DNA from: Lama guanicoe
Lineage: Eukaryota
Direction: 5' to 3'
DNA length: 64,000 nucleotides
Assembly: GCA_013239625.1 (NCBI GenBank)
Contig: MU053472.1
Location: forward strand, 1,116,001-1,180,000
This document shows positions 60,432 to 64,000 of this stretch, one piece after another (positions within the stretch are counted from its first letter, which is position 1; every line of letters starts with the position of its first letter). The translations under genes were made by a program, and so were the position numbers. A model generated the notes under the pieces. The model ran no database searches. It was given only the letters and a program-made list of their open reading frames with translations, and was not told the origin of the DNA.

Positions 60432-62665
60432 ATATGGATATATTTTTGGAGAAATCTTCCTCAAGTCTGTCTATAGTTCCCGCTGCTACTGCTGCTGTTC
60501 CCCTCAACCCACCCGGTCGGTGCCAGGGTAGGGGCCGTAGGGCCTGGAGATTTCTTCTGAGCAGGGACCACCAGGCCCCCCTCCAACCCTTGTGAATTCC
60601 CTGTTGACCCCTGACTTGGGAAGATTCAGAAGGGACCTCAAAGCTCCAACACAGTGAAAGCTGGAGAAGTTCCAGGCCATCCTCTCCATTATAAAACGGG
60701 GGAGGGAAGCTGAGGCCCAGAAAGGAGAAGAGGCTGGACAGAGGCCACACGGAGAGGCCATGGCCGAGCCACCTGAGACCAGCCAGCGCTTTCTGCTCTG
60801 CGTGAGGATGATGAGTGGAGGGTGTGGGTCCTGTGAGGGTGTAGCCTAGGTGGGGTGGGTGATGGGGGCCATTTATTTGCCTCAAGGGATTTCTTGAGCA
60901 TCTATGTTCTAGGCACTGGGGATAAGACAGACAAAAATGCCTGTCCTCCTGGAGTTCACAGTCTCACGGGAGACACTATAAATAAAACAGACACATTATA
61001 CGGTGTCACGTTGTTCAATGTCAGAAGGCAGAAGGTGGTGAGAGCCACGGGAAAGCTAAAGCAGGAAGGGAAGGTGGTCAGGGAAGGCAGGTGCAGCTTG
61101 AAGACTTGAAGGAAGCCAGGAAGGGAGGCCATCAGGAGGCCAGTGAGTGTTCATGCATGGAGGGGAGTGGGCCTGTCAGAGGACGCGCAGGGAGGCCAGC
61201 GAGGAGTGGAGGGAGGGAGGGAGAAAGCAAGAGAGAGCAGCTGAGAGAGGAGAGAGGATGGTAGAGGGGAGAGGAGGAAGGGGGAGGCTGCAGGGGTGAG
61301 GGGCAGGGGGCAGTTAGAGGAGCTCGCTGCTGTCTCCAGGAGCTGATGGGTCACAGGTGAATCCAAGGGCATTTGGCCCTTGTACTTAGTTGCTGTCAGT
61401 GAAGGCAGCCCCACCGCTCCAAGATTGTGTTTCTAATGGTTTTTCCCTTTCTGGGGCTCAAGGAGATCAGGAGACTAGGAGGCTGCAGGTGCAGAGAGGA
61501 AGGTCCAGAAAACCAGGGGAGAAAGATATAAGGGCCGCATGGACTTGTCTCAAGCCAAGCCCAGCCCGGGAGCCAGGGGTAAAGGGGCCGCAGGACCTGG
61601 GACCTCACCACCCAGGGCAGGGCTGGAGTTTGGGAGGAGAGTGAAACGAGGGGAAGAGGCCAAGAACTGGCCTTGCTGGGTGAAGAGGAGTCCTGGGGCC
61701 AGGCCAGGTCAATTGGTGTGGGGACCACCTGTCTAAGAAGCTTCTGGTCCGGAGGTGATGAGCGTCCCATGGAAGATGTGGAGCCAGGCGGGCACTTGCT
61801 TGCTGCTGGTCTCCGGAGGGGGAGCGGGTCGGAGGGGACCTCTAAGCCTTCTCCCACTCCCATACCCTCAGACTCCCGGGACACCCCCAGCTGGGGGCAG
61901 GGAAGGACTGCTCGCCCTCCACGGGAGCCTCCCCCTCCCTCTTCCCCTTCGTGACCAAGAATAAGCACCCCCGTCCCTTCACTGGTGGCCACACAGCCGA
62001 GGGGGGGGTGGCATTACTATCACTATGGCAACAGCAGGCAGCTTGTGTCAGCAGGGGGTGTGTGGACACGAACCTGTTCTCTTTGGTTCCCACGCAGCCT
62101 GCAGCCTGCGGGGGATCTAAGCGCTAAGCCGCACCCCACCCCCTCCCCCTTGCCAGCTGAGGGCTCTCAGAGGTCTGAACTGCCCCTCCTCCTCCCCAGC
62201 TACACCCCCTAACCTCCACCCCGTCCCTGCCCTCAAGGCAACATTCAGTGAGTAAGGTGGCAGCAGAACCAGGAAGTCCTAGCTCTTTGCAAGAGATTAG
62301 GGGAGCCTTGGCCTCTCCCACCCCAGGCAGAGGGCGGACTACTCTCCCCTGTCCCTCTGACCCCACAGTAATATTAACCTGGCCAGTGGGAGCCGGAATG
62401 GGCATAGCTTATCCAGGGCCCAGAGATCTGCCCGCCCTCCCTGCACCTGGAGGCTGAGCAGGTGCTGTCAGCGCTGCGCGACTCACAGCAAGGTCACTCC
62501 TGGCCAGTCACTCCAGATGGGTGTGTTTCTGAGAACCTCCCCTTCTGGGTAATTTCACTCCCTCCGCTGTACCACTGCTCCCACTGCAGACCCCCTCTCT
62601 GGAGAAGGTGCTCTAAGTTCCCTGTGCCCAGCCTGGCCTGGCCCCTGACACAGCTCTCCCCATCG

Positions 62666-62667
<2 letters not shown>

Positions 62668-62697
<30 letters not shown>
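62668..62697. repeat. (AC)15 microsatellite
   Basis: Perfect dinucleotide run. Confidence 0.95.
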
Positions 62698-62699
<2 letters not shown>

Positions 62700-64000
62700 C
62701 AGTGCAGCCGGCCAGGCCGGGGGAAGGCTCAGTGGCTGATAGTTTGGGCCACAATCTGACTTCTCTGGGGTCTGCAGTTCCCAGCACAGACCACGATGCA
62801 CATTCACTGGATGCCCGCTGGTGCTGGCCACGAGCTTTAGAACAATCCTATGGGGGTGGTGTTTCTCCCGTCCCATGAGTGAGGACACCAAGGCACAGAG
62901 AGGGGTTAACGGACTTTTCAGAACCTGGGGTCACTTCCCTGCACCTCCTGGGCTCCAAGGCCAGCTTTCTCCTTTGACAATCATCCGACTTCTGGGCCAG
63001 GGGCAGGGTGGGGTCTGCAGCACCCTGTCCCACCCTGTTACCACGTGCTGCTCCGCCTGCCTGGCAGGCTGTCTCCCTGGCCCCCTGTTTAGATTTGGCA
63101 TCTGGGTGGGAGCCAGGGACTAAAAATATTCCCCATGTGTTTAGATGGTTCTTAGAGAATAAACTTCCCCATCTTGGCTCTCAGTTTGCACACTTGCTGG
63201 CCCTGCTTCCTGTGGCTCTGATCTGACAGTGCAGGGAGGGGGTAAGGGAAGTGGGGGAAAGGGGAAAGTAGAAGGGTCTGGGGGGGCCCAGGGTCAAGGG
63301 TGGTGATGGTGGACGTGCACACATGCACGCGCATGTGGAAAGGCTGCTGCATCACTAGACCCCAGGGGGTGCCCGTCCAGGGACCACACTGTGAACGGTG
63401 CCCCAGCGTGCTGTGACCCTGAGGCTCCATGCTTCTGTGGGTTCCTTGGGGGTAGGAAGAGGGAGGGAAGTTGGTAAGCTTGTAGGAATGGACATGTGGC
63501 TTCCCCGCTCTGGGCCCCAGTTTATCCATCTGCAAAATGGGCTACGCTTGGCCCTTCTATCTGACTGGGCCTTGCAGAGCTCAGGCTCCTGCTGGTGACC
63601 TTGGGAGGAAGGCCAGGCCTCTGTCTGTGGGTGGGGCGCTGCTCCAGCACCTTGCCTTACACGAGTTCTAGCAGCTCTGTTTGTTTATCTGAATAGGGAC
63701 AAAGGCATTATCTCCTCTAGGGACTAAGGGCATGTCCCTGGCCCCCCTGCTCCCGGGGAGGGGCTTCCTTTGGAGGGAGCTACAGGACAGACAAGTCACA
63801 AGCCAGTTCCTTCCTCAGAGGCCTAGTCCCAGCGAGACTGGCTCCTCCTATGCCAAGTGCTGGCGGCTGCATAGCCTGGGAGGGTGGGGAGAGGCCCAGG
63901 GGACAGAGAAGGGACGTGGGGATGTTCTGGAACAAGATTGTTCTTTCCACAAGATTTGTCTTTCAACAAACGTTATCACTTCCTCCGTGCCGGGGACTGA

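Overview
Mammalian genomic DNA, very likely a camelid, judged from four copies of a tRNA-derived Vic-1-type SINE. Three intact intron-containing genes can be reconstructed exon by exon with GT-AG junctions and consistent phases. They are the 3' two-thirds of MYO19 (+, 15 exons, 1385-15367), all of ZNHIT3 (-, 5 exons, 21004-16250, 154 aa) with its 3' UTR apparently overlapping that of MYO19, and all of CA4 (+, 8 exons, 52831-60332, 309 aa). The ~32 kb ZNHIT3-CA4 interval holds the surprises. (1) It has a tandem set of two, probably three, decayed and mutually homologous class A (rhodopsin-like) GPCR remnants on the - strand (~28.5-29.2 kb, ~29.6-30.1 kb, ~41.1-41.75 kb). (2) It has a gammaretrovirus-like ERV with the R-U5...U3-R mRNA structure and a 16-bp duplication, which indicates L1-mediated retroposition, and it later received nested LTR insertions. 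(3) It also has orphan CpG/CCAAT/octamer promoter-like islands, CTCF-like motifs and a retrocopied 3' UTR fragment. Gene identities rest on recalled orthologue sequences. No database search was run.
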